Of a stretch of 45,668 bases of DNA, positions 1 to 10,518 are shown piece after piece. The notes beneath the pieces are model-generated. The model ran no database searches. It saw nothing but the letters and a program-made list of their open reading frames with translations, and was not told where the DNA came from. The stretch is from a virus (lineage: Duplodnaviria > Caudoviricetes), in IMG/VR virus record IMGVR_UViG_3300011336_000451, positions 1 to 45,668 of that record; one strand, given 5' to 3'. The position numbers and the translations under genes were made by a program. Positions within the stretch are counted from its first letter, which is position 1. The number at the start of each line of letters is the position of its first letter.

Positions 1-102
1 TGCCACTACTCTATATTTAGTTTTATCAAACTGTGTAAACTTCTTACCTCCTTTAGTAAAGCCCCATGAGCTTTTAGGAGAACTTTTTAATCTATACTTC
101 AT
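1..102 (-). CDS. 5' part of gene downstream of MCP (conserved capsid-block protein), truncated by window edge
   Basis: ATG at 102 on minus strand, open to the edge (MKYRLKSSPKSSWGFTKGGKKFTQFDKTKYRVVA); preceded by a TATATTTG promoter motif at 128-135. Confidence 0.6.
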   Translation of the reverse strand, partial: MKYRLKSSPKSSWGFTKGGKKFTQFDKTKYRVVA

Positions 103-147
103 ATTGTTTTAAAATCTTTTTGTTGTTGCAAATATATGTTGGAATAA

Positions 148-179
148 GATAGGGAACAGAAAAAGTTTCTGCCCCTATC
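148..179 (-). terminator. hairpin downstream of MCP (terminator or stabiliser)
   Basis: GATAGGGAACAGAAA...TTTCTGCCCCTATC imperfect inverted repeat just after the MCP stop. Confidence 0.5.
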
Positions 180-199
180 CTACAACAACATGAGAAAAA

Positions 200-1660
200 T
201 TAGACGAATTTACCAATCTTAGCAGGGATCAGTTCACCTGCTGAAAGAGGATCTTTCAATAGGATACCAGACCTTCTAATCATGTGAATTTGAGCACCAT
301 CAAGAGCAGAGCTAGAAGGAGCAAATCCTTGCTTGTAGTTACCATTAATATCAGTCATCCCCTCAATTTGGATTGAACCCATTTGAGCACCTTTCAAGGT
401 TACTTTTACAAGGTTAGCACCATTAGCATTGTTACCAATGTTGAAGATAGTAAAACGAGAAGATTCCAAAGGATATCCAGTAGCAGGATCTAGTTGTCTG
501 TTAAGAACAATATCATCATAAAGAGGACAATGTACTACAGTTACTTCCAGACCATTAGGGAACATACAAGTCTTGAACTGAGAACCAAAGCTCATATTCA
601 TTCCAGAACCTGATACAAACTGTCCACCTTCATAAACTTTGATAGAGAGGTTTCTTACTTTCTCTTGAATTGCTCTATCAAATTCAATCATACCTTGTCT
701 ACCAGTCATCATAACAAACTTAAAGTCACCACCAGATTGACCATTGGCAATCCAAGAAAGGTTCATTAAGTAGTCTTGCAACATATCATAAGAAAGTCTG
801 TTGTAAGTTTGTTTGTTTCTGTTAGAGATTTGCTGACGCAGACCAGCACCTTCAATGATTGGTCTACCATTAGGTCCAAGAACATTACCTTTAGACATAG
901 TACCATACATAAGTGCAATCTCTTCTCTTTTCAAGAGTTGAGCCATAGCTTCCCATTTAGCTTTCTCAATCCAAGAGAAAGTCTTACTTCCATCAGATTT
1001 AGTCAACTCAATAGCAATCTTTTGTTTCATAGCCTCAGCAGAGATGGCATGCTCAATTCTGTGAGTAGTGAAGTAGTTCTCAAACTTAGCAGGAGAGAAG
1101 AAGTCTACCCATCCACCTCTATCTGACATCTCAGATACTGGAGAATAAGCCCTACTTAATTTAGCACCTACTGTAATATCATTAGGATCAAAGTATTGAG
1201 CAGGATCAGAGAATTGGAAAGTATACAACCAACCATTACCAGTTTGGATAGGATCAGCAATAATGTTTACAAGAGCTCCTGTATCAGTTCTTACTTTATC
1301 AATACCAGAGAACCATTTTTCCTCAAGAGTCAATTGTACAGGAGTACAGTTAAGACCTTGGTTAGCAACAGTAGAAGAAGGACCAGCAGTAATCTTGATA
1401 GTTCTATCATTCATATATGCTACATCCCACTGATAGATATTGCTATCAATTTCTTTCTCCTCAATTCTACCAAGAGCTTCAGTCAAGCACTGTAGAGAGT
1501 GACCATATTGTTTACCAAGAAGGTAAGACACTACCTGTCCAAATTGGAAAGGTTTACGCAGTAACAACTGATCTAGTTTATTACTGTCAGTAAGCGCACC
1601 TGAGACCGCCCTAGCATCAATCAGTCTAGGGAGATTACTGGAATTTACATTAACATCCAT
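200..1660 (-). CDS. major capsid protein (crAss-like)
   Basis: 486 aa; E..L.YG...G.G.R.QI and VVHCPLYD motifs typical of crAss-like HK97-fold MCP; lies downstream of portal and terminase. Confidence 0.85.
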   Translation of the reverse strand: MDVNVNSSNLPRLIDARAVSGALTDSNKLDQLLLRKPFQFGQVVSYLLGKQYGHSLQCLTEALGRIEEKEIDSNIYQWDVAYMNDRTIKITAGPSSTVANQGLNCTPVQLTLEEKWFSGIDKVRTDTGALVNIIADPIQTGNGWLYTFQFSDPAQYFDPNDITVGAKLSRAYSPVSEMSDRGGWVDFFSPAKFENYFTTHRIEHAISAEAMKQKIAIELTKSDGSKTFSWIEKAKWEAMAQLLKREEIALMYGTMSKGNVLGPNGRPIIEGAGLRQQISNRNKQTYNRLSYDMLQDYLMNLSWIANGQSGGDFKFVMMTGRQGMIEFDRAIQEKVRNLSIKVYEGGQFVSGSGMNMSFGSQFKTCMFPNGLEVTVVHCPLYDDIVLNRQLDPATGYPLESSRFTIFNIGNNANGANLVKVTLKGAQMGSIQIEGMTDINGNYKQGFAPSSSALDGAQIHMIRRSGILLKDPLSAGELIPAKIGKFV

Positions 1661-1697
1661 TTTATTTATTTATTTTTTTAAAGGTTTTACGTTTTTT

Positions 1698-2672
1698 TTA
1701 AATTATGATGTCTTCAAAGTCATCAATATTACTATTTCTCTTACTGCCTGAGGAACCAGAACGAATATTACTATCCTTCTGAGACTTCAAAGCTTTAGAG
1801 AGTTTATCAGAAATATTAGTAGTAGCTCTTCTTTGCATATCTTCACTATTAAAGTTAGTGTAGTACATAAAGGCCATTACCAATTGTTTCTCATAATCTT
1901 GAGCATCTTCCTGTAACCTAGTCATACCATTTCTAGTTGGTTGTGTCATGTAGTTAAAGAAATCATCTTTAGTTCTTTTATCCATCTTAAATCCTTGAAT
2001 CTCTTCAATATTATTGATGGTTTGTCTAAGAGTTACCATTTGTTCTCTAGCAGCCTCTTGCTCATCAATTTTATTTTGTTCCAAAGAACTAAGATATTCT
2101 TGCATTTGAGCTTTTTGAGAGTTTACAAGAGCAGTATATGCTTCTTGAACCTCATTACCAAAAGTTCCATCATCTTTAGAACTATCAATAAGACGAGCAA
2201 TTCTAGCTTCTGAAATACCTTTAGCAGTATAGTAATCAATTACTACTTGCTCTTGAGTACCTTCATCAGACATATCTAACTCACTGTAATTTACTTCACC
2301 ATAAATTTGCATTACATCTTGGATTGAACCTCCATTCTGTACTACATCATATAGCATTGCAAGTTGCTCATTCTCTTGAAAGAGAGAACTAACTCTTGCA
2401 TTTACAGTATCTTCAAGGAGTTCTTCAATACCATTTTCAGTAGCATCATACTCCTTGTCCTCATTTGCAAACAAAACTCCTTTCTCTACTAGATCCTCCA
2501 TGAGAATCTGATAAGGAGTTTTATCTTCATCACTAATCTCTTCCCCACTATCCTCTTTATAAGAATCCTCTTCTTGAGAATCTTCATCAAAGGTTTCTTC
2601 CTCCTCTACACCTGTCTCTTCAAGTATAGGTTTTTTGTTTTCTAGTTCTTCTTCTACAAAGTCTCCAAACAT
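1698..2672 (-). CDS. acidic scaffold-like capsid assembly protein
   Basis: 324 aa, very acidic N-terminus, coiled-coil middle, directly upstream of MCP as in crAss-like capsid blocks. Confidence 0.65.
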   Translation of the reverse strand: MFGDFVEEELENKKPILEETGVEEEETFDEDSQEEDSYKEDSGEEISDEDKTPYQILMEDLVEKGVLFANEDKEYDATENGIEELLEDTVNARVSSLFQENEQLAMLYDVVQNGGSIQDVMQIYGEVNYSELDMSDEGTQEQVVIDYYTAKGISEARIARLIDSSKDDGTFGNEVQEAYTALVNSQKAQMQEYLSSLEQNKIDEQEAAREQMVTLRQTINNIEEIQGFKMDKRTKDDFFNYMTQPTRNGMTRLQEDAQDYEKQLVMAFMYYTNFNSEDMQRRATTNISDKLSKALKSQKDSNIRSGSSGSKRNSNIDDFEDIII

Positions 2673-2736
2673 GTTGTTCTAATTTTAAATTGTTATACGT
2701 TGTTTATTATACTCTCTAATATTATTTATTAGAGTT

Positions 2737-4353
2737 TTATTTAAATTTTAAATTTTTAGTTAAATTTTTAAATTCTAGTTCTCTAGCTTTAGCTTCTTTT
2801 AATGCTTGTGCATCTCCTAAACCCCTTGTTTTATTTCTTTCAAAAGCAGATTGTTTTTGAGATATTTTATATAGTTGTCTATTAATATTATCTATATCCT
2901 CTACTAGTTTAGAATTAGAAGAAGATCTAAATGGTCCAAATCCTGGAACACTAGATCTTAAATTTGCTAATTCTTTTTTCTTAGCCATAATAGCTTTTAA
3001 ATTAAATTCAGATACTGTAGTTTTATTATTAGAACTTTCTTGAGTATTAGTATTAACTTGTTTATTATTTTTTGGTTTTATTTCTTCTTTTTTAGAAGTA
3101 ACAACAGTTTCTCTAGCCCCTGTAAAAGGGGTTTTAGTTGTTCCAAAGTTTTTACCTACTGTACCTTTTCTTGAATTATAAACATCTTTATAATAAGTAT
3201 CAGGTTTAGTACTTCTATTACTTTTAACTTCCATTCTTTTAGAAAATGCTATCTCTTCTGGAGTAGCTGCTGCATATTTTCTACCACCTACTTCAAAAGC
3301 TTTACCTGATGCCATACCTGCTCTATAAGCTTTTTGATCAGCAGCAGACATTTGTTTAAAAGAGATATAAGGATTTTTTTCTTTTACAGGTTCTTTATAA
3401 AGAATAGGATTCTTTTCAGTAGATACTGGACCTCCTGCTTGTCTTTCTATAGCTCTTTGAACAGATTCTTTAGTAAAAGTAGGTGCTGTTAATGAAGATG
3501 GAATTCCTGATTTAATAGCAGCCTCAGTTGCTTCAGCATCTTTTTTATATTTAATTAGATCCTCTCTTGAAGGACCAACCATATTTTTTTCACCTTCTAT
3601 AGCTTGTTCTTTTTCATATTGAGTTCTAGCTGCTTCTGCATCTAATCTAGTTTCATAAGTTTTTCTAGCTCTCTCAGCATTTTCAGAAATTTCTTTATTT
3701 CTATCTGTTTCTAATTCTTCTTTAGAAGGCCCTGCAAATGTATCTTTACTATAAGTAATAGGAAGTTTAGTTTTATTAGAAGTTGTTAAATTTTTTAATT
3801 CTTTTTCTCTTTTAGTAATTTCTTCTTCATCTACTTTACCTATAACTTTAGGATTATTTTTATTAGCTTTATTATAAGTCCTCATAAGATCAGCAGCTTC
3901 TTTTCTAGTAGGCCCTACTTCTCCTTGAGGTTCATTACTTGATTGTACAGTTTTATTTTTACCTAAAATTCTACCAAAATATGCATTTAAATCTTCAGGA
4001 TTATCTGTAGCAGCATTATTTGTACCAGCTTGATATTTAATTAGTTTGCTACCTTTCTTATAAGGTTTAGCATTAGGATCAGGTTTTTTCATAAGTAAAG
4101 GCATTAAAGAACCAGCAGCTTTAGTAATTGCTCCTCCATAGTTTCCCATAAAAGCTCCTGCTTTATCTTTAAAAGAAGGCCCTTTTACTGTATCTTTTGT
4201 ATAAGCAACTTGAGAAATATCACCACTAGTAGGAATACTACTTGAGGAAGTAGTTGTATATTGTTTAAGAGCAGCATTTCCAGGATTAACCATCTGAGGA
4301 CTAGCCCCAGAAGCTGAAAATGTACCCCATTGATATTTCTTTACTTTAGCCAT
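2737..4353 (-). CDS. basic low-complexity protein, putative virion cargo/internal protein
   Basis: 538 aa, K/T/S-rich, repeated KKYQxG/KYxxG motifs; located between portal and scaffold. Confidence 0.45.
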   Translation of the reverse strand: MAKVKKYQWGTFSASGASPQMVNPGNAALKQYTTTSSSSIPTSGDISQVAYTKDTVKGPSFKDKAGAFMGNYGGAITKAAGSLMPLLMKKPDPNAKPYKKGSKLIKYQAGTNNAATDNPEDLNAYFGRILGKNKTVQSSNEPQGEVGPTRKEAADLMRTYNKANKNNPKVIGKVDEEEITKREKELKNLTTSNKTKLPITYSKDTFAGPSKEELETDRNKEISENAERARKTYETRLDAEAARTQYEKEQAIEGEKNMVGPSREDLIKYKKDAEATEAAIKSGIPSSLTAPTFTKESVQRAIERQAGGPVSTEKNPILYKEPVKEKNPYISFKQMSAADQKAYRAGMASGKAFEVGGRKYAAATPEEIAFSKRMEVKSNRSTKPDTYYKDVYNSRKGTVGKNFGTTKTPFTGARETVVTSKKEEIKPKNNKQVNTNTQESSNNKTTVSEFNLKAIMAKKKELANLRSSVPGFGPFRSSSNSKLVEDIDNINRQLYKISQKQSAFERNKTRGLGDAQALKEAKARELEFKNLTKNLKFK

Positions 4354-4358
4354 TCTTA

Positions 4359-4616
4359 TTAAAGGTTTTGCATAATTTTATATTGTGCATTAGAGAGAGA
4401 TTTGTGAATTTCTGCAAATACAGGATTCAATTGTTCTCCATATAAAGTTCTAAAGATACTAGCAAGTTCTGCAAGTTTAGATACAATTTCTTCTTTATTA
4501 ATAGAAGGTTTAACTTCTACAGGAGTTTCTACTACAGGTACTACTACTTCTTCTACTACAGGAGTTACAGTTTCTACTACCTCAACTACTTTATCTTCTT
4601 TTACTACATTAGGCAT
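4359..4616 (-). CDS. hypothetical protein (VE/P-rich N-terminus)
   Basis: 85-aa ORF with A-rich leader, in operon. Confidence 0.6.
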   Translation of the reverse strand: MPNVVKEDKVVEVVETVTPVVEEVVVPVVETPVEVKPSINKEEIVSKLAELASIFRTLYGEQLNPVFAEIHKSLSNAQYKIMQNL

Positions 4617-4641
4617 ATTTTTATGTTTTTAATTTTATACG

Positions 4642-7038
4642 TTATTTACTTTTAGGCTTATACTTAAGTGCTTTCTTCTTAACAGCTATCTCTTCTTTCT
4701 TAAGTGCAAGTTTTTGTTGTTCAAGTCTCATATTATCAGCATGAACTCTATCTTGTTGAGCATTCTCTCTAGACTGCATTTCTTGTTGAGTTTGCATTTT
4801 AGTTTTTTCTATCTCAAGTTTTTGTTGCTTTTCAACTTGATCAAATTGTTGTTTAGATTGTTGAAGTGAGAGTTTAGTAGCTTCCATTACATCAGGAATA
4901 GCATTTTGATTAACATCAGGATTACTCATACCAACATTACCAAGTGCTCTAATCTCAGCTTCTCTAAGTCTAGCTTCTCTATCAAGTTGTTTTTGGTTTT
5001 CTTCTCTATCCATTTTTTCTCTAGCAATTCTTTCATTGCTCTCAATTTGCTGTTGCTGGATTTGAGACTGCTGTTCTTGCATCTTCATCTTTCTTTCCTC
5101 AGAAGCTTTAATAGAGGATTCTACTTCAGCAATAGAGTTAGATTTAAGGAGAGTAACAAAGTTAGAGAACTGTAAAGTACCAGAAGATATACCTTCTTTA
5201 GCAAGCCCTTTAAGTTGTTCAAGAACAGAGTTATCTTTAATACTATCAGATACATATAAACCAAAATCTGTATTTAAGAGAGATTTAGTATTTAAGACTG
5301 TTCTAGTAAACTCATCAAAGACAAGTTTACCTTGTTCATTAGTAGCATAAGCTATTTTAGCTATTTCAAGAAGATGTTCAAGTACCTTCTCCTTAACCAT
5401 AGAGTGCTCATGAAAGTATATCTCAGTTAAGGCATTACTCTGTACTACAGATCTTTCTACACCTCCTACTGTCTCAGAGGAATTAATTTGTCCTTTTCTT
5501 TGTCTGGAAATACCAGTAATATTTTCTACTGCTTCCTCAATTTTATTAAGCATTGAGAAATATCCATTAATTGAGTTACTAAGAGTCATATCTATCCCAG
5601 TAAACTGATTGAACTTGGATACAGAGCTTGGATCTCCTTCTCTACCTTCTTCTGCTGAGTTTACAAATGCAATACCCAGAGTATCAAAGTAATACATCCA
5701 CTGCTCTACTGTCCATCCCTTACTCTTAGGAATTTGAGCAATATCCATTACAAACTTCTTACCCTTTGCCTTAGCAAACTCTAACTCTAATCTGTACCAG
5801 ATAATGTTGTAGAGGTATTGATAGGGTTTAATAAGATCTACAAGAGATGTAGGCTTACTATTAATGTTATTAAAGATTCTACCAATAAAGGGAAGTTTGC
5901 ACTTGTAAGGATTATCTACTGTATTAAATTGATAGGGGCTTTCATAAGCAAAAAAGATAGTTGGTCCAATTTGTACTCCAATCCATGTTCTAGGTATCCA
6001 GTTCCACTCAACTGTAATTTCCCCCTTAAGTTCTGCAGGAATTTTAAAACTTTCATCAACAACTTTCTTTTGTTCCTGTCCATTTTGATCAAGGTAAGTT
6101 GCAGTTCCAATCTTCTTCTCACTTTTCCAAGTAACAAGTTGCATAAGAATCTTAGTACCAGTATAGTTATAATGTGGATATGTTGTTGTAATAACTTCTG
6201 GAGATTGACCATAAGAAGCTGTAGCATTAAAGATCTCAGCAGACCTTAAGTTTTCCTTATCTTTATCTGTCAATCTATCTCCAAACCAGTCAAGTATCTG
6301 TCCTCTATCTAACCACATTCTACCTACTGCCCAATCACAATCCTCAATAAATAATGAGTCTTGATTTTTATCACACTCAAAGTGAATAGGATTCCAAGGA
6401 ATTAAGGTAGGTTCATTATTAAAGATACCTGCGTAGTATACTTCTTCTGCACAAGTAAGTGCATTTTGAAAACCTCTAACAAAGTGATTCTTAAGTTTAA
6501 GAGCCTTCTCAAGATGTTGTAATAGTTTATTAGCAGTTATCTCTACATTATTAGTATAAGTATTAGTAAAGTATTTTTCTACTTCCTCAGGTGTTTCTGC
6601 TTCAGTTTTCTCTCCAAGAGCATTCTTAAGTATTGCAAGATAAGAGTACTCTAATGCCTCCTTCTTTTCATTAAGATATTGATTAAAACCTTCTCCTGCA
6701 GTAGAGACCACTTTGTATGTAAAGGGTCTCTTAAGTTCTTCACCAACCAGTTGTAAAACTGAGCTCCTAACAATATTGTAATCTTGGAAATTAGCAGGAA
6801 GGTTACCAATACTATCATGTATATCAACACCATAAGGCTTAGTAACATAAGAAAAATCTTCAATATTAACAATTGAATTAAAGAGGTCATAGTTAATTTG
6901 TTTAGCTTCTCTAGAAGATCTACTTCCAGAAAGATTTGAGTATGCTCTACCTACAAGTGCTATAATACATTTCTTTTGCCAATCTAAGCTGTCTTTAGTC
7001 CCCTGAGGGACTCTCTGTTCGGGGAGAGGTGGAATCAT
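4642..7038 (-). CDS. portal protein (crAss-like)
   Basis: 798 aa; SLVDLIKPYQYLYNIIW and GISRQRKGQI...VGGVERSVVQS motifs, long C-terminal coiled coil; adjacent to TerL. Confidence 0.9.
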   Translation of the reverse strand: MIPPLPEQRVPQGTKDSLDWQKKCIIALVGRAYSNLSGSRSSREAKQINYDLFNSIVNIEDFSYVTKPYGVDIHDSIGNLPANFQDYNIVRSSVLQLVGEELKRPFTYKVVSTAGEGFNQYLNEKKEALEYSYLAILKNALGEKTEAETPEEVEKYFTNTYTNNVEITANKLLQHLEKALKLKNHFVRGFQNALTCAEEVYYAGIFNNEPTLIPWNPIHFECDKNQDSLFIEDCDWAVGRMWLDRGQILDWFGDRLTDKDKENLRSAEIFNATASYGQSPEVITTTYPHYNYTGTKILMQLVTWKSEKKIGTATYLDQNGQEQKKVVDESFKIPAELKGEITVEWNWIPRTWIGVQIGPTIFFAYESPYQFNTVDNPYKCKLPFIGRIFNNINSKPTSLVDLIKPYQYLYNIIWYRLELEFAKAKGKKFVMDIAQIPKSKGWTVEQWMYYFDTLGIAFVNSAEEGREGDPSSVSKFNQFTGIDMTLSNSINGYFSMLNKIEEAVENITGISRQRKGQINSSETVGGVERSVVQSNALTEIYFHEHSMVKEKVLEHLLEIAKIAYATNEQGKLVFDEFTRTVLNTKSLLNTDFGLYVSDSIKDNSVLEQLKGLAKEGISSGTLQFSNFVTLLKSNSIAEVESSIKASEERKMKMQEQQSQIQQQQIESNERIAREKMDREENQKQLDREARLREAEIRALGNVGMSNPDVNQNAIPDVMEATKLSLQQSKQQFDQVEKQQKLEIEKTKMQTQQEMQSRENAQQDRVHADNMRLEQQKLALKKEEIAVKKKALKYKPKSK

Positions 7039-9086
7039 TAGTTACTAAATAATTTGGATGAGAAGAAATCCCTACCATTCCTCTTATACGAGTCTTTAAA
7101 AGCAGGTTGTATTTTAGTCAACTCAATACTTCTAATAAGTGATAGAGAGAAGGATATAAATCTATCAAAGTTGCCTCTACTATTATAAGTAATAAGTTCT
7201 TGTAGAAGTCCTATACTTTTTATCTTATAAACATTACTCTTACCATCTTCATACTCCTCTCTTAACCAGTTATTTACATAAGTGATAAGTTCATTCTTAA
7301 CAGAGGAATATGAATTCCCGACAACTCTGATGCCATAGGTATTTGTGTGTTGGTTAGATGCAGCCTTGACAACGCTAGGTGTTCTGGATAATAAATGCAG
7401 CTTATGTTTATTCTCACAGTGAGTTTTGAAATTGTTGATGTTATTTTCATATAGACAACTTGCGTTATAATACTCTATTAGTAAGATACATTGATCATAA
7501 AACTCTTTAAAGTTCTGTGGTCTACCTGTATACTCAGCAACTGGTAAATCATGAGTCTCTTCACCAATAGCATATCTTTTAAAGATAAATAGTGAGCCAA
7601 GAGAGTCTGAGTAATTAGCTTCATCAGTAGCATATGGATCTAGTCCTCCAGTATATAAGTTGTACGACACACCTGCAGTTGGTTTTTCCCATATCTGTAT
7701 ACAACCACTCTTATCTAAGGTTTTATCTCTATACTCTAAAGGTCTAAGTGATAGGTCTGGAACAAATTCTGGGTTGCCATTACTATCATAAGCCATCTTA
7801 CCACAGATACCTTTATACTCATCCTTAGTCATACAAAGTCCAAGTTGTCTTCTCAAGTCTTCTGTAGGAAATACATTATTAGAGATAATTTGGAAAGCTT
7901 CAGATGGTGACCAAGCATACTCAGTAGTATGTCTAAGATACTCATCAGGGCTCTTTGCTTTAGCTTTCTTATTCTCTCTAAGTTTAGATAAGAGTTCCTT
8001 AGCTTTAGGTATATCAGAGTTACCATTCTTATCATAAGCCCCTTCATAATTTTGATACATAGGAAAAAAGAATCCTGCACTCTTATCTCTTAAACCATCC
8101 TCATCCCATACATTCTCAAAGGGCATCATATTATAATTATCAGGATTATAATACATCTCAGCAAAGTCAATAGTACCTGCTTCCATATCACCACCAGTAC
8201 CAAAGATAATCATCATACCAGTATAATAATCCCCTGCCTTAATAGAAGGTTCCATAGCATAGTAACTCTCATTCCAATTAATGAAAGTACCAGCTTCTTC
8301 TACAATAATCTTGTTAGCATCAGCTCCCCTTGCAGCATCAGGATTATTCATAAAGGATACACAAGTAATAGCACTTTGATGACCTTTAGCTAACTCTGTA
8401 CCATCATCAGTATACTCAATATAACCACTCTTAATTCTACCATCAGCTACTTTATTAACAAGCCTACTTCTCTTAAAAGCAGGACAATTAGTATTTAAGT
8501 GGTTAAGCATATCCATAACCTTAGTAAAGATACCAATCTCTGAGAATAGATATTTCTTATCATAAGCAGCAACTAGGGTTAAACTCTTCTTAACAAAGGT
8601 ATATTCCCATGCAATAGTAGCAGCATTCTTATAAGAAAAACCTCTTCTTCTTGCTTTACCTACTATCATAGATTTTCCCCCCTCTGTCCATAAGACTTTA
8701 TTATTCAAGTGTAATTTGGGAAGAAGTAGTGGATCTATACCATTCTCTGCAATCTCTAAAAACCAGAAGTACTCATAATCACCATCCCAAAAGTCAGGAA
8801 GAAGGAATCCCTTAGATACCTTTCTTTTACCTCTGTTATCATCAGTCAAGTTTACTTTATTAATGAGACAATAGTTCAAATAGAAGTAATGTTTACCAGT
8901 AATCTTAGCACCAGAGACTTCATACCCTTCTATACACCTAGTAAATTCTTGATCCCAAAACCTATCAAATTCTAGTGTCCCAGGAAGAGCATCAGTATAC
9001 CTACCAGTAGTAATAAATTGATTACCAGCCTCTCTAAAAGGTTCAGTGTTTACCCATATACCATTAGTATTTCTTATTGTTCCCAT
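7038..9086 (-). CDS. terL: terminase large subunit
   Basis: Walker A region KARRRGFSY, Walker B IIVEEAG, motif III GTGG, nuclease GLDPY ... YENN ... NFDR. Confidence 0.95.
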   Translation of the reverse strand: MGTIRNTNGIWVNTEPFREAGNQFITTGRYTDALPGTLEFDRFWDQEFTRCIEGYEVSGAKITGKHYFYLNYCLINKVNLTDDNRGKRKVSKGFLLPDFWDGDYEYFWFLEIAENGIDPLLLPKLHLNNKVLWTEGGKSMIVGKARRRGFSYKNAATIAWEYTFVKKSLTLVAAYDKKYLFSEIGIFTKVMDMLNHLNTNCPAFKRSRLVNKVADGRIKSGYIEYTDDGTELAKGHQSAITCVSFMNNPDAARGADANKIIVEEAGTFINWNESYYAMEPSIKAGDYYTGMMIIFGTGGDMEAGTIDFAEMYYNPDNYNMMPFENVWDEDGLRDKSAGFFFPMYQNYEGAYDKNGNSDIPKAKELLSKLRENKKAKAKSPDEYLRHTTEYAWSPSEAFQIISNNVFPTEDLRRQLGLCMTKDEYKGICGKMAYDSNGNPEFVPDLSLRPLEYRDKTLDKSGCIQIWEKPTAGVSYNLYTGGLDPYATDEANYSDSLGSLFIFKRYAIGEETHDLPVAEYTGRPQNFKEFYDQCILLIEYYNASCLYENNINNFKTHCENKHKLHLLSRTPSVVKAASNQHTNTYGIRVVGNSYSSVKNELITYVNNWLREEYEDGKSNVYKIKSIGLLQELITYNSRGNFDRFISFSLSLIRSIELTKIQPAFKDSYKRNGRDFFSSKLFSN

Positions 9087-9592
9087 TTGTTAATCTTTGC
9101 TCCTGCTCTAACCTTATTCTGTGCTACATTCTCAGATTCTACCTTCTCTTTAAGTCCCTCTAGTGTAGTTATTACTTGCAAAGTATTCTTTAGTGCATCA
9201 GTAACCTCCTTAACTCTATAAACAGGATTACCTTTAGCGTCTAAGAGTGTATAATCTACATTTCTAAAGTAAGCTCTAGTCTGATTGGCAGCATGAATGG
9301 CATCTTGTAGATACCTCATGTTAAAAGAATAGCTTAAGTCCTTATATTTCTCAATAGCAGCCTTAAGTTCATCTGTTAGAGTCAAATTTAAGTCCTTATT
9401 AAGAGCTGCTATCTTCTGTTCCTCATCATAAGCTCTATAAGGAGAGTTATAATCAGCAAATAAGTACACATACTTAAAAGCTTGTATACCATTATCTTTC
9501 TTATACTTCTCATGTAGTGCTTTAAACTCCGGAACTAAGAGGCATCCCTCATGTAAGGTTACAGTAGCACTATTTATCTCTATTATTTTCAT
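9074..9592 (-). CDS. putative terminase small subunit / conserved protein upstream of TerL
   Basis: 172 aa helical protein overlapping the TerL start; assignment by position only. Confidence 0.45.
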   Translation of the reverse strand: MKIIEINSATVTLHEGCLLVPEFKALHEKYKKDNGIQAFKYVYLFADYNSPYRAYDEEQKIAALNKDLNLTLTDELKAAIEKYKDLSYSFNMRYLQDAIHAANQTRAYFRNVDYTLLDAKGNPVYRVKEVTDALKNTLQVITTLEGLKEKVESENVAQNKVRAGAKINKWEQ

Positions 9593-9797
9593 TCTTTAGT
9601 TCTATATATTTCTTATAAGTCTCTCTTTTACCTAATTTTCTAATAAAAGTACCAATATACCTTATAGTTATCTTAGGACTTCTATCTCTCATCTGTTTAG
9701 CAACAGCTAAGAAGGTATATTTAATGACAGTATTAACATCCTTGTACGGAAGTTGTAGATTATCAGCAACTTCCTTAATAATAAGGTTAAGTTTCAC
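9570..9797 (-). CDS. IHF/HU-like DNA-binding protein
   Basis: LIIKEVADNLQLPYKDVNTVI...ITIRYIGTF matches the HU/IHF pattern; crAss-like capsid blocks carry IHF homologues. Confidence 0.7.
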   Translation of the reverse strand: MKLNLIIKEVADNLQLPYKDVNTVIKYTFLAVAKQMRDRSPKITIRYIGTFIRKLGKRETYKKYIELKNENNRDK

Positions 9798-10125
9798 TGA
9801 AGATAAACTTAATATCTGCTAAGTATATACCATTTTTAAAGCCAGAAGTAGTAAGGAGTCCTTTCTTCTTCAAAGAAGTCTTAATATTATTATAAGAAGC
9901 ATCCTTTAAAGAGAGTTTATCCTTAATTCTCTTGTTAGTCTTAGAAGAGTTAAGTAGTTCCCAAGCAATTTGAGGTGTACTTTGTTCTTGAAAGCTTTCA
10001 TACTCTCTAAGTAATTCTGCAGCAACCTTTATTTCTGTCTCAGTAAGGTTAAAATTAAGAGACATTACCTTCATATAGTTGTGATAGGTATCACCCCTCA
10101 CTGCTATTAGTCTCTGTTTTTCCAT
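9787..10125 (-). CDS. hypothetical protein, possible winged-helix
   Basis: LTETEIKVAAELL ... YNNIKTSLKKKGLL resembles a wHTH. Confidence 0.5.
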   Translation of the reverse strand: MEKQRLIAVRGDTYHNYMKVMSLNFNLTETEIKVAAELLREYESFQEQSTPQIAWELLNSSKTNKRIKDKLSLKDASYNNIKTSLKKKGLLTTSGFKNGIYLADIKFIFSET

Positions 10126-10489
10126 TAGTAAAGGGGATTTCTAGTTGAAAGGAATTAAGTTCTTTATTAAGTTGTTTATCTTCAGCATCATTAATAAGAT
10201 GCATTATTTCCTCAGGAGTTTCTAAGAAATTAAACATAATATCCTCAGTTAAGCCTTGCATAATAGTAAACTTATGATTAATTAGAGGAGATGTTTGGTC
10301 TCCTATAAGAATAAATGGAGGTAAGGTATTAAATGCAAAGATTATATCTTTATAAGATAGGCTTTCACCCTCAACAACATCTTCTCCAGCTTCTCTTAGC
10401 ATATCAGCAATATCATGTGTAATAGCTTTACCTTTAGAATCTTTAAGAGAATCCTCAAATACTAGTAATTTTAATTTTATTTGTTTCAT
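10091..10489 (-). CDS. hypothetical protein
   Basis: 132-aa first gene of the leftward operon. Confidence 0.6.
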   Translation of the reverse strand: MKQIKLKLLVFEDSLKDSKGKAITHDIADMLREAGEDVVEGESLSYKDIIFAFNTLPPFILIGDQTSPLINHKFTIMQGLTEDIMFNFLETPEEIMHLINDAEDKQLNKELNSFQLEIPFTNGKTETNSSEG

Positions 10490-10502
10490 AAATATTTGTA
10501 TT

Positions 10503-10518
10503 TATATTTGCAAATATA
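10503..10518. promoter_or_regulatory. bidirectional Bacteroidota sigma-A -7 element
   Basis: perfect palindrome TATATTTGCAAATATA gives TAnnTTTG on both strands, between divergent ATGs at 10489 and 10533. Confidence 0.7.

Noticed and set aside
776-8080. Antisense and alternate-frame ORFs inside MCP, scaffold, portal and TerL (e.g. 776-1126, 1196-1495, 5818-6249, 5916-6227, 7853-8080)
   Set aside because: Fully overlap well-supported genes, have implausible composition and lack leaders; treated as shadow ORFs. The same applies to minus-strand ORFs in the right arm.
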